A stretch of 63,348 nt of DNA, filler included, from Salisapilia sapeloensis CBS 127946 (Eukaryota; Protista; Oomycota): the NCBI GenBank assembly GCA_023334545.1. It is 12 parts of 12 records of this genome, joined end to end, with 100 filler letters (N's around TTAATTAATTAA, not from the genome) between each part and the next. Parts side by side here need not be neighbours in the genome. Positions count along the whole stretch, not along the records: positions 22,604 to 25,303 come from JAADVB010000864.1; positions 25,404 to 55,743 come from JAADVB010000223.1; 10 more parts are not named here. The stretch is one strand, 5' to 3'. Position numbers and translations under genes: made by a program. Shown one piece after another: positions 22,604 to 34,396 of this stretch; the stretch's first letter is position 1, and each line of letters starts with the position of its first letter. Below the pieces are notes generated by a model that was given only the letters and a program-made list of their open reading frames with translations, was not told where the DNA came from and searched no databases.

Positions 22604-25303
22604 TCACGCCGGAAACAGCAACGGGCTCTAACTTCTACATGGACTACTTCCGACAAACAAACCTGCTGATGTCACCAGCTACAACCCTCCTCGCTAATAC
22701 GCAACAGATGTATAACCGTTTGTGGATCAGGACCAAACCATCTGCCCAGGCGCATCGCAAAGAGAAACCAGAATTGGATACCCCGGCTTTATTAGCACTC
22801 CAAGAGATGTATCACATAATAATTAATAAGCGATCCTACGATGCGGATAGATGGTGGACCTTTGGATCAAGCTTAATGCGAAAGATACAAAAGTCCAGCT
22901 GGTTACCGACAAAAATCCTACAAACAGCCTTACATAAATTGGAACCGAAGAAACATGCTCCGTCGGCCTGGACGAAGCCACTACTGCATGAACTATCCCC
23001 TTCTTCTTCTCAACAAAAAACTCAACGTTTTACATTCCACACCTCTACATCCTATATCCAAAAAAACAAGAAAAATCATAAAACAATGCCAAAAAACTTA
23101 TGCATATCCAACGGAAATGCGTAAGCCTACAGAGATGGAGGAAGAAGTAATGCTGGGATTGATGACGGGAGAGATAGTGGCAACGGCGCTGTCACAATTC
23201 TTTAAAAGAATTGGAGATTATCAGTTCGTAAACAAATATCGAGCAACGATCCAAATGCAAGTGGAAGGTGAGTTGATTGCCCCCTTACCACAGAAGATCA
23301 AGGTATACAAAGATCATCAGCATACAGAACGACTACAGGCTTTATTGCGCAACTCCAGATTAGCAAAAGGATGGTCTGTAGCGGATTTGGAAGAACTTCT
23401 CCTGGATGTAAAGCAAATAACTTACAATAAAGGAGCGCATCAACTTCATTTCATCTTCCCGGAGCGAAAGAATGCGGTAGCCTGGACAGGGTTTAAAACA
23501 CTGCTCTAGCATCACCAGATCGAGTTAGTGAATGCTCACGACCTGAAGGAAGCAGCACTCCCTCCTGAGCTAACCTGGCGACGACAAACACAAGGCGATG
23601 GAGTGGAAGATTTGAGAAATCCACAACTGTACAGCATCCGTCTCATGAATGCAGACAGGTTTACAGACGTCTCCCACCTGATCAGTTACTTTGATTCACA
23701 AGAAGACGGAAAAATCTTCAATGCGATACCACTGGATATGGATGGTCACAAAGATGCACTTTCCCTTCAATGGGAAGTACTGTTCATGAAAGCCTCATGC
23801 CCTCGATTTCTACGGAACATCTGGAAGATAAACTTTATGGGGAGAATATTGTTTGTCCACCACACCCGTGGAGGGTCTAATGGACCTTGCCTGGTATGTG
23901 GCAATCCAGCGCACATGATGAAACGGTGTTCCCACAAAGTGATGCCGGAGCAAGATGAACACACTTTGGTGATCACTGCTGAGGAGTTACGAAAGGTGTA
24001 ATCCCATCACAAACCATTCCGTACAATGCAAGAGGCAATGGAGGCACTACTAGCAAATGTTGAAAAAGAAGAGCAATCGAAGAAGACAGCGACGAAATCA
24101 CCTTCAGCAACTCTGACAAACGAGAAGAAGACGGCAAATAAGACAAAATTGGAAGAAAAACTAGCACTGAAAACCCAAGGAAAGAAAAGCAAGGAGGACG
24201 AGGAATGGATGACTGTGGAAAAGGGAGGAACACGGAAAGGAAAGAGAACCACCCATGAAGCGGAACCAGTCTCAGAAACGAAAGAAAAGACACCTGTGAA
24301 GGAGACCAAAGGGAAGCAGTATCAACAGCTAAAGACGAAAACTGTAGAGTCATGGGAAAGCGTAAGTGATCAAGTCAATTCACAAACGCCAGCGAAGAAA
24401 AAAAACAGAAGAGGGAAAGAGTAAGCCCTCTATGGAGACAAAGATCTCTCCTCAAGTGAAGAAAAAGAACTCAGAGCGCACCAAACTAGCAGGAAACCAG
24501 CTACAGCATATACGCAAAGAACTGACAGAGCCAATGAATAAATGGCTATTTCAGGACTATAATCGACAGAAACCCATGCAGATGCATGCAGAGCTAAACC
24601 AGCAAAGCAGCCTAGAGGAAATTCTGGCAGCCACAGGATTAACTAGAGCGACGACGCCAAGTAATGGAAACTGTCAATACACAGCCATATTACAGTCTCT
24701 ATACAGATGGAAGGATATCAACGGGGAAAATGATAAAGAGATGGAGAAAAAGCAACAACTATTAAAAAGAGGATTAGTTGCAAGCGCGCAACGACATCAG
24801 GAAATGAAATTTCCACATGAAAGGCGCAGGCAATTTCTATCAACACAAGAATACCCAGCGATATACGTATCACCGGAGGCATCGCTAAAATGCTTCGAGA
24901 CCTACCTCAGTCAATTTGCCCAGTCAACTAATAAACTGAGCAATATGCTCCCAATGCATTTATGGGGAAGCAATGACATGCTCATCCTAGCAGTTTAACT
25001 GTTGCAACGAACCATCTTTGTCATTAATGCGACAAAGGAAATGAAGAGCATCACGTTTCAAAAGATATTACCGGGACTAATCACTAGCAATGGAGCACTA
25101 TTTCGCTCAGCAAAGGAAAGAATGATATCGATGGAAAGATGGCTAGAGGAAGTTGAATTGGGATTCTCACTGAGTCAAGCTAATGACGAAGCACCACCGA
25201 TCGTCCTGGTTTTTGAAGGAAGTCATTTCTCAACAACAGTATGGAGCTCACCGAAGGAGCTAGAGGAGGAGCGAGAAAGGAAATTGTTTGATGATGAATC
25301 GGA
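22604..25303 (+). mobile_element. Decayed non-LTR (L1-like) retrotransposon ORF1 with CCHC knuckle and OTU-like protease
   Basis: A-rich sense strand; six ORF pieces separated by 3 nonsense codons and 2 frameshifts; CLVCGNPAHMMKRC (CX2CX4HX4C, 23888-23929); TPSNGNCQYTAI...WGS...IFVIN...IVLVFEGSHF OTU-like pattern. Confidence 0.65.
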
Positions 25304-25403
25304 NNNNNNNNNNNNNNNNNNNNNNNNNNNNNNNNNNNNNNNNNNNNTTAATTAATTAANNNNNNNNNNNNNNNNNNNNNNNNNNNNNNNNNNNNNNNNN
25401 NNN
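25304..25403. other. Artificial contig spacer
   Basis: 44 N + TTAATTAATTAA + 44 N. Confidence 0.97.
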
Positions 25404-26155
25404 GAAATCGAACTTCTACCTTCGGAAAAGGTTCTCTCTTTGCAGCGTAAAGTTTCTCGGATAAATCTCGGTGAAGCTGCCTCGAGCCATGCGCTGTCAT
25501 GGTCGCACTTGACGTGTACGAAATCGTCGGTGTGTCCACCATTGTAATGGTGTATTACAGGTGAAAACACAAGAACAGGTAAGCACTTAGCACTTAGAAT
25601 GCTATGGTAGGCACTTGGAAAGTTGAAAAGTGAGGTACGGTATCGAGGAAGATCGGATGGTATTCGTACTTTTACTAATCACGTCAGGGGCCACAATTGA
25701 TACAATCAACGCAGTATCATCATTTGGTGGTGCACGAAGAATTAAATCGACCGTCTGTTGTACCAGAGGTGCATCCGTTATCAAACGTGTCGTCTTGAAA
25801 ACATGGGACACACAAAGTAGAAGCGTACCGCTGTGGTTGCCTACCGTCGTACATGTTTACAAGATACGTTATGAAGCAAACTGTATAAGGCCTGAGTTTA
25901 AATAAGAATGGTGCTAGTGATTTGTTATCGTGTCATTCAGGTGCATTTTAACTGACAGTACCCTGTGTATTACAAGCAAATTGGCCGAGCTCGCAGTCTA
26001 ATCGTATAAGTTTCAGAATGGTTAGTTTCCAGAGACATTTGACTGACGTGATTAAAAGCACAGGATAGAGCCCACGCCTCCGACGAACATTTATATTAAG
26101 AATCGCAAAGCCGGCGATATACAATTCTGGAGGTAGCACCGAATCGAAAAAGTGG

Positions 26156-26176
26156 TACAGATGAACCCTCTATAAC
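26156..26176 (+). mobile_element. Possible solitary Tc1/pogo-type terminal inverted repeat
   Basis: TA followed by CAGATGAACCCTCTATAAC, resembling pogo/Tigger-type TIRs; no partner TIR found. Confidence 0.3.
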
Positions 26177-26686
26177 AATTCTGCTAGGAAGGGCCTTTTA
26201 ACGATTTTAAAGGGGTACCACAAAACAGAGGTACATACAAAATCTCTGTCGAGCACCATTTGTTCGACTTCGTATCAATAACGAATTATTCCCGCAATGT
26301 ATTATGACAGTAACTGGTATTGGATTATTATATCCGATCCCTGGTGCAAGCTCATGGTGGCGCGATAAAAAAGGCTGTGTCCATGTTGCATACCGAATCG
26401 GTAAAATAGGAATTTATAATTTGTAATTCTACTCTTGACAAGCGAATCGGAAAGCTCTGTGTTCGTTTAAAATTGCCGATTCGGACTAGCTAAATGTTAT
26501 GGAGACCCAAAGTAGCATTTTAATATAACTTTCTGTCATTGTACCAAATGCATAAGCGAGTATTCTGTACTGCCCATGGAGATCCGAATTCATATTCTTG
26601 GTCTATCTTTGTCTTCGTCTAGGATGCAATTATAGTACAGTGATGGATGAAAGTTGAGCGACTTTTGCGACTTGCACTGTACTCTA

Positions 26687-26750
26687 CCCACTAAAATGGC
26701 TTTTTTTCAAAGATTCATTTTTATTAAAATTTATATCCCACTAAAATGGC
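26687..26750 (-). mobile_element. 36-bp poly(A)-ended insertion flanked by 14-bp target-site duplication
   Basis: CCCACTAAAATGGC at 26687-26700 and 26737-26750; the insert on the minus strand reads ATATAAATTTTAATAAAAATGAATCTTTGAAAAAAA. Confidence 0.6.
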
Positions 26751-27254
26751 GAAGAGCTCACAAGCGCGAATAAATCGAATGCAACTTCAACCTGAACGAT
26801 TTCCAACGATACACCACGATACCCTTGACACTATCTCCCGCCAAAGCATGACAGAGGAGTGAACGATATACGTGGATAAGAATGGAAAGGTAGATAGCGA
26901 TGCAAGAGCAGGACGACCCGCCATAGACTTGGCACTGATTCCTACTATAATGCTTGCGTGTTTGTTCATATGATGCCTACGCTCCTCGCATACCACCCGA
27001 TTATCGACTCAACGAACACAGCCTTAAAGTAAAAGTGAGCAAAGACGACAGCGTGGCTTCTTGGAGAAGTACAGGCTTCTGCTTCGTAAGCAACGGGGCT
27101 TTTATTACGTGGTATGATGGTAAAGTGTCTTTGAGTCACTGCAAACCATGTAGCTTGGGCAATGACGCTACCCTTGCACGACAGAGAATAAGGAATGAGC
27201 AGCTTTATTTTACTAGTTCAGTTCGATCCTCCCAGCCCATGTGATCTACTAGCA

Positions 27255-29758
27255 TCAAAGTCTCTTTTGCCAAAATGTCTGCACTTCGTCCACTCTTAAT
27301 TTGTACACGGCACTTGCTTCCAGTACAGTCTTCACTTGGTCCATATCCCTTCCACTTTCGTTCGCAATGACACTGCGAATATCACGTACCCGATCCTCAT
27401 CCATCGTCCAGAGTGTTGCCACTTCCATCATCTTCTGCAAATGAGCTCGCGGATGGGACGTGCAAACGGAGAAGACGGACACAAAGGACTGCGCGTCCGT
27501 TTCAAACTGTCTTCCTCCTTCCTTTGCAATTACATGTTCGTCTGCATCAAGCACAGTGCCAGTAAGCTCTTCATCAATCTGCACGGCAAGCTCCTTCCAC
27601 AGCTGATTCCAGCAATGCTCATGTAGAAACTCTTTGGACAAAACTAAAACTGTCGATACCAGTGTGAGGCTGGGTGCTAGTTCACTCGAGGGCTCTCCAC
27701 ACACCTCTTGCCTGTCCGCCTTGTAACTTCCAAACCACGCAGATCGATATTTTCTCACATCACGCCGAACTAGACGCATGACATTTCTAGTAACGTCGCC
27801 CATGGAAGCATTCAACTGTTTTGTTAAAGCTTCTACTTCATGTTCAAAGATCGAATCCGAGAACAAGACAGCTTCCTCTTCCTCGACCGGATTTGAGGAT
27901 TGCACATTGTCTTCCGATACTACCGACCCGACTGAGTCTTCCACCACGGCATTCGTTTTCTCTACACCAGTCGTATCGTCGGACGCTCGGCCGAATAGAC
28001 TCTGCATGGCAGTAGACCCAGCAGAGTAGGCTGCTGCCAGAGCTCTCCCTGGTCCAATGACACTTCCAGGACCTGCAACTGCCTGGCGCACGGCAACCGC
28101 CTCCTCTCTCGCCAACACTGCATCCGACGCGCTTTGAAGCACTGCTTTCGAGTACTCGAGTCGAATCTGTAGCATCCGCCGGCGCAGTTGCTTCGACTCG
28201 GATGCCATTTGTGCCAACTCTAAGAAAGCGCTGCTCTCCTGCCAGTCATGTAATGCATCGATGACGAACTGGTAGGCGTTGAGTAGTAAAAGAATTTGGC
28301 GAAAGGAGGAAGGGTTTAAAGGACAGGACTCGACTGCATCACCGACGTCGAGGGACCAGAGGTGTTGAGCGCAATGTTGGGAAAAGTCCTGCAGCAACAC
28401 TTGGTGCACTTGGCTAACATAGAGATAGCGATGGGACGGCTTGGCCATCGGTAAGAACCGTCGGCAGAGGTAGTCTAGTGTTGACACAAAAGCAACCGCA
28501 CATCGAGGAACATAACGCAGAGGAGATGCGGCTGTTAGTTCGTCCAAGCCATCGAGATATGCGTCCCAAGGCCTCGTTGATTGGGAAAATATATCTGCAT
28601 TCAATTTCGCACGAGCATAAGAGACGTCCACTGCCGTCCACGTGAATAGCGTCTGCTCTTCCTGCGTGAACATGTCGATGCATCGAGGATACTTGTATCT
28701 TGCCTCATTCGCCCATGCATAATAATCGTACTCGTCGTCCAATGATCGTTCGAAGATCAACGTTTCATCTAGCGTATGACAAAAGAGCTCTTTATGCGCC
28801 AATAGCGTTGGCAATTCGTGCTGAAGCTTGCGTTGTGTTGCTTGAATAAAGTGGACGATCAGGATGACTGGCCCGTCACAACAGTCCAGATGTAAGCCGA
28901 CGTGGTTTCGCAATACAGGAGTGACGGTATGAGATAGGAAGCGGTGGTGACCACCAAGTTGCTCGTTGATGTAGGTAAACACCCACTCTGGCTTGGATAA
29001 TCGATTCGTCTTGCTTTCAGGTCGCTCAAAGTGGAACTGGAAACGACGCAGGATAGGATTGAAGAGCTCCTCCAGTGCCCATACCGAGTCTGATTCACTA
29101 TTGTGAGCTGAAGATGCATGCTGTAAGGCAAGCAAGTTCTCGAGCATAACGCTGAGAGCAGCAAGAGTCTCTCTTCGTTCATCCATCTCGTCTTTATCAA
29201 GCACCTGCGGCCAGGAGATGTGCTTCAAATGCTTGTGAAGAGCTGTAACGAGGTGCTGCTTTTGCATCACTGCGAGTGATTTGATCCGTGCTTGTAGACA
29301 GCTCTATACGTTTCGAAAAAGCTTAGTACGACTCTTTTGTGACTCCATTGAGTGTAAAGTACTTTAATGGGTAGACAATAATCCTTTCGAAGCAGTTCAG
29401 ATAGCTCTTGTGTCTTTCGGATTCCAGCCGGCATGTCTTCTCGATACTCTTCGACCAGTGTCTTGGTCACTTCCTCTGCTTCGATCGCTGCAGTAAGTCC
29501 AATCTGCATCTGTAACTGAAGAGCATCATCTTCACTCATGGAGCTACTGCAATCCTCCTTCCATTTGTATAGCATTTCAATCCGATGATCAATTGCATTT
29601 GCATCCTCCTCCTCGGACGCTTTCTCGATCACTTTAATGACCTGATTACACATTTCTTCCTTATCATCTGCAGGAATCTCGGCCTCATTCATCCTCTTCG
29701 AAACATTCAAAGCTTCCCATCGTCCATAGATCTCCTCTAGTCCGTTACGCTCGGTCAT
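27255..29758 (-). CDS. RINT1: RINT1/TIP20 family ER tethering protein (intron 29304-29362)
   Basis: RFQFHFERPESKTNRLSKPEWVF and HTLDETLIFERSL RINT1/TIP20 motifs; a 59-nt GT-AG intron with CTAA branch joins the two ORFs in frame. Confidence 0.85.
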
Positions 29759-29917
29759 ATCGGCGTAGGAGCTCTTCGATTCCGTCCAGATGGCAAATGA
29801 TCCGAGATCGTGTCATTGTACCACAATCGTACCATATAATTAAACTACCGTTTTGTATGTGATAGTTTATCACCGTCTACTGTATCGGTGGCTGGTCACC
29901 ATCGGAGCAATACATAG

Positions 29918-32632
29918 ATGGCAATGCCGAAGAGCACGAAGAGCAGCGATGCCAAGGCGAAGGGTTCAGCTGCTGCCGTGAAAAAGGCTGCTAAACCCTC
30001 CACAGCCACCGCCAAGAGCACGCACAAGAAATTTGGTGCTGGAAACGATACAAAGCCTGCAAAATCGGGTACCAAGGCTGACCTTGTGCAGGACGATGGC
30101 AGTCTCGAAGCCTTACGAGCGAAATTGGAGGAAGGGACAGCTTGGTATGACATTCTAGAGCCATTGCAAGCACCGGAGCCTTCTGCGAAGAAGTCTAAGA
30201 AATCTAAAAAGAAGCAAGCTGCCGAGACGGAAGAGCTGACTGCCGAGTCGCCTGCCGTCCAAAAGGCAAAGGCTAGAGGCCAGGCACTTCTCGAGCAGGA
30301 AGTCAGTCAGCACGAACGCAAAAAGGAAGGCAGTCTGTCAAGTGATGACAAGTACCTTGCGACCATGATGCGGTCTGGTACACTGTCGGATCGAGTGGCT
30401 GCACTCACGCTATCTGTCCAGGCGTCTCCGATCCTGAGTTTATCCAAGCTCTCTCAGCTGACCACCATGGCGGGAAAGAAAGCACGTCGGGAGAGCCGTC
30501 TGGCTGTCGAGTCCTTGCGCGATCTCTTCATCAACAACCTGCTACCGACGGACCGCAAGCTTAGCTTCTTCCACCAACAACCACTCAGCCACCCAGACAT
30601 CTCCGACGCGTACCTTTTGATCTGGTTCTTCGAACACTGCTTGAAGACTGCGTACGCCAACCTAGTGGGTGTCTTGTCGTCTGGCCTGGAAGACGCAGTT
30701 GCAGCGCATAAGAAGGGCTGTCTGCATGCAGCAGCAACCTTGTTGACGGAGAGACCGGAGCAAGAAGCTGTGCTCTTGTCCATGCTCGTGAACAAGTTGG
30801 GTGACCCTGACCGAAAGATTGCTGCGTCTGTCCAGACGGCACTGAAGCAACTACTGACAGCACATCCGGCGATGAAGAAGGTGGTAGCAGACGACGTCGA
30901 ACGTCTCGTCACTCGTCCGCACGTGGCGGATCGATCCAAGTACAACGCCATTCTTTTCCTGAATCAGCTGCAGCTGACGCATGAAGACGCAGATCTCGCT
31001 TCCCATCTCATCACAGTCTACTTTGGTCTGTTCTCGAAAGAGATTGCAGGTCTCCAGAAGGCTCCAACGCCCAATAGGAAGAAGAAGTCTGTCATGAAGA
31101 AGCAAAAGAAAGGAAAGAAGATGAAAGACGAGAACCCTCTCGACCGAAAGCTACTGAGTGCTCTGCTCATGGGTGTCAACCGCGCCTTCCCCTTCACGGA
31201 CGCCACGTCCGCTAGTTTGACGAAGGAGATCGAGTCACTCTTCTCCGTCGTCCACAAAGCTCCTTTCGCCACAGGCATCCAAGCTCTACTTCTTCTCTTC
31301 CAAGTGCTCAGCAGTACGCACAGCGTCTCGGATCGATTCTACGTCGCGCTGTATGCGAAACTCATGGACCCAAGACTCAGACAGACTTCCAAGCACACGG
31401 TCCTGCTCAACCTCGTCTACCGCGCGATCAAGAACGACGTGTCTCCCGCTCGCAGTGCTGCGTTTATCAAGAGACTGCTGCAGCTGAGTCTAGCGATGAA
31501 CCCTGCCTTTTCATGTGCCGTGCTGTACCTCGTGTCAGAGCTCTTCAAGGTCCAGCCACAGCTTCGTACGTTGTTGGATCAGCCATCGAGCGAAGTGTTT
31601 GAATCGACCGCAAGTGAGATGAAGGCGGATACGAACGAGCACTCTGACTCGGAAGACGATGAGGTCGTGAAGAAGGATCAGGAGCAGTCTCAAGCTGTCC
31701 TCGCCCAAATGTTCGGATCGTCGGACACGACCGAGACGAGTGGAGAGCGCAAGTCTGTTGCTACGGTCTACGACCCGATGAAGCGTAATCCTTTGTTCGC
31801 AGGCGCCGAACGAACGTGTGCGTGGGAGGTTCGGTCGCTCTTGACCCATTACCACCCATCGGTGCGAGTGTTCACCAAGCAATTGGTCCTGGACAAAGAG
31901 ACCGGTATCCAATACGACAGTGATCCTCTGATCGACTTCTCTGTGCCTTCGTTCTTCGAAAAGTTCGTGACGAAGAAGCCAAAGCCTACTGGTACCAAGC
32001 AAACGTCCACGTCGTCCGCACCGACAACGTTGGCTGACATGGGTGCGCGGGAGACTGTGTCTACTGAAGACGACGCGTTCTTCCACCGGTTCTTCCAAGA
32101 GAGGTCGAACCGAGAGCAGCAGCATAAGAGTCTCAGGAAGAAGAAGAAGAGTGTCTTGGACGAAACGGACTCTGGACCACAAGACGCAGATGTGTTCTCG
32201 GACAATGAGGACGGAGAGGATGAAGAGATGGAGGCCTTTGCGCAGCAGTTGGCCGAAGGTATGATGGAGGACGCTGATAATGACGACGAAGATCCGGACA
32301 CGGGCGACTGGAGTGGACCTGAAAGCGACGACGATGAAGCTGACGCTGAGGACATGGAAGAACCCGAGATGGACGATATGGAAGAGCCAGAGTTTGATGG
32401 TGCCGACGATGACTCTGACGACGAAGAGCTGATGGAGTTTGGCGAAGATGAAGACGAAGAGGAAGAAGCGGAGGAAGAAGAAGAGGAGAAACCGGCGAAG
32501 AAGGATGGGAAGCGCAAGTCTCCTTTCGCTAGTGCAGATGATTATGAAGAGATGGTCAAGAAGGCGATGGAAGCTCGAGAAGCCAAGGCCGACAGTGCTC
32601 CATCCAAGAAGAAACGTAAGAAACAAAAGTAG
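29918..32632 (+). CDS. CEBPZ: CEBPZ/Noc1/Mak21 ribosome biogenesis protein (CBF domain)
   Basis: SGTLSDRVAAL, PEQEAVLLSMLVNKLGDP, SDRFYVALYAKL, YDPMKRNPLFA, HYHPSVRVF, acidic tail with SPFASADDY. Confidence 0.92.
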   Translation: MAMPKSTKSSDAKAKGSAAAVKKAAKPSTATAKSTHKKFGAGNDTKPAKSGTKADLVQDDGSLEALRAKLEEGTAWYDILEPLQAPEPSAKKSKKSKKKQAAETEELTAESPAVQKAKARGQALLEQEVSQHERKKEGSLSSDDKYLATMMRSGTLSDRVAALTLSVQASPILSLSKLSQLTTMAGKKARRESRLAVESLRDLFINNLLPTDRKLSFFHQQPLSHPDISDAYLLIWFFEHCLKTAYANLVGVLSSGLEDAVAAHKKGCLHAAATLLTERPEQEAVLLSMLVNKLGDPDRKIAASVQTALKQLLTAHPAMKKVVADDVERLVTRPHVADRSKYNAILFLNQLQLTHEDADLASHLITVYFGLFSKEIAGLQKAPTPNRKKKSVMKKQKKGKKMKDENPLDRKLLSALLMGVNRAFPFTDATSASLTKEIESLFSVVHKAPFATGIQALLLLFQVLSSTHSVSDRFYVALYAKLMDPRLRQTSKHTVLLNLVYRAIKNDVSPARSAAFIKRLLQLSLAMNPAFSCAVLYLVSELFKVQPQLRTLLDQPSSEVFESTASEMKADTNEHSDSEDDEVVKKDQEQSQAVLAQMFGSSDTTETSGERKSVATVYDPMKRNPLFAGAERTCAWEVRSLLTHYHPSVRVFTKQLVLDKETGIQYDSDPLIDFSVPSFFEKFVTKKPKPTGTKQTSTSSAPTTLADMGARETVSTEDDAFFHRFFQERSNREQQHKSLRKKKKSVLDETDSGPQDADVFSDNEDGEDEEMEAFAQQLAEGMMEDADNDDEDPDTGDWSGPESDDDEADAEDMEEPEMDDMEEPEFDGADDDSDDEELMEFGEDEDEEEEAEEEEEEKPAKKDGKRKSPFASADDYEEMVKKAMEAREAKADSAPSKKKRKKQK

Positions 32633-33106
32633 ACGTTAGGATGCATAAATACTACCATTAGTTTTGTCTTTCCTCATCGTACGTTCAAATGCGGATACGA
32701 TGGATGTTGAACTCATAGCTATTCCTCACGTGTTCACCTTGTAAAAGGGGATTCGTATCCATCATGATTTATTTCTGCACTCGACCGACATGGAGAGGAG
32801 CGGAATCAAATTCTACTTCTCTTCGATTTAAAGCTTCCGTAGGAATGGGAAGAGCAAGAATAACCTCAATGAAGGTCACATTTCTTCACTAACAATACCC
32901 TACAACCTTGTCGACTCCTCTGACTATCAGCAGACAAGACTATGACTGCTGCACTGTCACGATGACTGCATAGGAGCTGCTAGACTACCCTCCTTCTGAC
33001 TTGATATGAACACAAAAAGAGAGCTCACGTGATTAAATCTTCCATCTTATGATTGAACTTCACTGACTTCTTCAAAACGTGAACTTCTCAGAGTCACTCG
33101 TTCCAC

Positions 33107-34396
33107 CTACAAAGCAATCCTAGCGGTCTGATCGGCGATACTACGTTCTTCATCCGTAGGCAAGACCAGTACCTTGATCTTCGAGTTCTTGCTCTGGATC
33201 TCCGTTGGACCTTCTCCCATCATCGCCTGTCCGTTCTTCTCGTCATCCAGCTCGATGCCGACAAAGGCCAAGTCCTTGCAAACACGCTCTCGGATCATGG
33301 CACTGCTCTCGCCTGTGCCAGCCGTGAACACGATGGCTTGGCATTCACCAGCCAACTCGAGCAAGTACGCACCGAGGTACTTGCGCACACGATGCGCGAA
33401 CACGTCCAGAGCTAGAGCAGCTCGTTCGTCGCCTTCACGGACACGATCCTGGATGTGTCGGACGTCACTGTCTCCGCAAAGTCCGAGCAATCCGCTCTTC
33501 TTGTTCAACATCTTGTCCACGTCATCGAGCTTCATGTCGAGGTGGTTCGTGAGGAAAGAGTGGAGAGCAGGGTCGACGTCTCCACTGCGCGTGCCCATGA
33601 CCAGACCTTCAAGCGGCGTCACGCCCATGGTCGTATCGACACACGTTCCATTCTTGACTGCTGCCATCGACGCTCCGTTACCCAAGTGGCACGTAATAAT
33701 GTTGCACTCTTCTGTCTTGCAGCCGAGAATCGACGCAGCCTTCTCCGTAACGAACTGGTGAGAAGTGCCGTGGAAGCCGTAGCGACGAACGCCGTGCTTT
33801 TCATACAACTCATACGGAAGAGCGTACATGTACGCCTTGGGTGGCATGTCCGCATGGAAAGCAGTGTCAAAGACACCGACGTTCGGGAGCTTATTGCCAA
33901 AGACTTGCGTCGCGACGTCGATGCCCAGCAGACCTGGGGGGTTGTGGAGAGGAGCGAGACTCGCATTGCTCTCAATTGCTTCCTTCACCTGAGCATCGAT
34001 GAGCGCGGCCTGATGAATTTTCTCTCCGCCATGGACAATTCGATGGCCGATCGCAGCGAGGCCAGCCATGTCATCGGCGTGGAAGTATCTTTCGACAGCA
34101 GCCTGAAGTGCGTCCTTGTGCGAATGCAAGGGCAGCTCAACCTTTTCCTTTTTCTCCTCTCCACTTGGGCTATAGCTCGTGTGCTTAATACAACCGTCTT
34201 TGCCCTCGCTCGGCGAAAGCTCCACGAGACCAGAGAAGACGGGAGACCCGACCTGTTTGTCTTCCAATCCGAACATCTTGTACTTGAGCGACGAGCTGCC
34301 GGCGTTCAGTACTAGCAGACGAGCATCACTGTGGGCAGCGGACGAGAACGACCGGCGCAGAGGTGTAGATAGACGAAGAGAACGAGATGCGAGCAT
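33107..34396 (-). CDS. ackA: Acetate kinase with mitochondrial-type presequence
   Basis: LVLNAGSSSLK, GHRIVHGG, APLHNP, YGFHGTSH, HLGNGAS, GTRSGDVDP, PTDEE; N-terminus MLASRSLRLSTPLRRSFSS; first ATG at 34396. Confidence 0.93.
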   Translation of the reverse strand: MLASRSLRLSTPLRRSFSSAAHSDARLLVLNAGSSSLKYKMFGLEDKQVGSPVFSGLVELSPSEGKDGCIKHTSYSPSGEEKKEKVELPLHSHKDALQAAVERYFHADDMAGLAAIGHRIVHGGEKIHQAALIDAQVKEAIESNASLAPLHNPPGLLGIDVATQVFGNKLPNVGVFDTAFHADMPPKAYMYALPYELYEKHGVRRYGFHGTSHQFVTEKAASILGCKTEECNIITCHLGNGASMAAVKNGTCVDTTMGVTPLEGLVMGTRSGDVDPALHSFLTNHLDMKLDDVDKMLNKKSGLLGLCGDSDVRHIQDRVREGDERAALALDVFAHRVRKYLGAYLLELAGECQAIVFTAGTGESSAMIRERVCKDLAFVGIELDDEKNGQAMMGEGPTEIQSKNSKIKVLVLPTDEERSIADQTARIAL

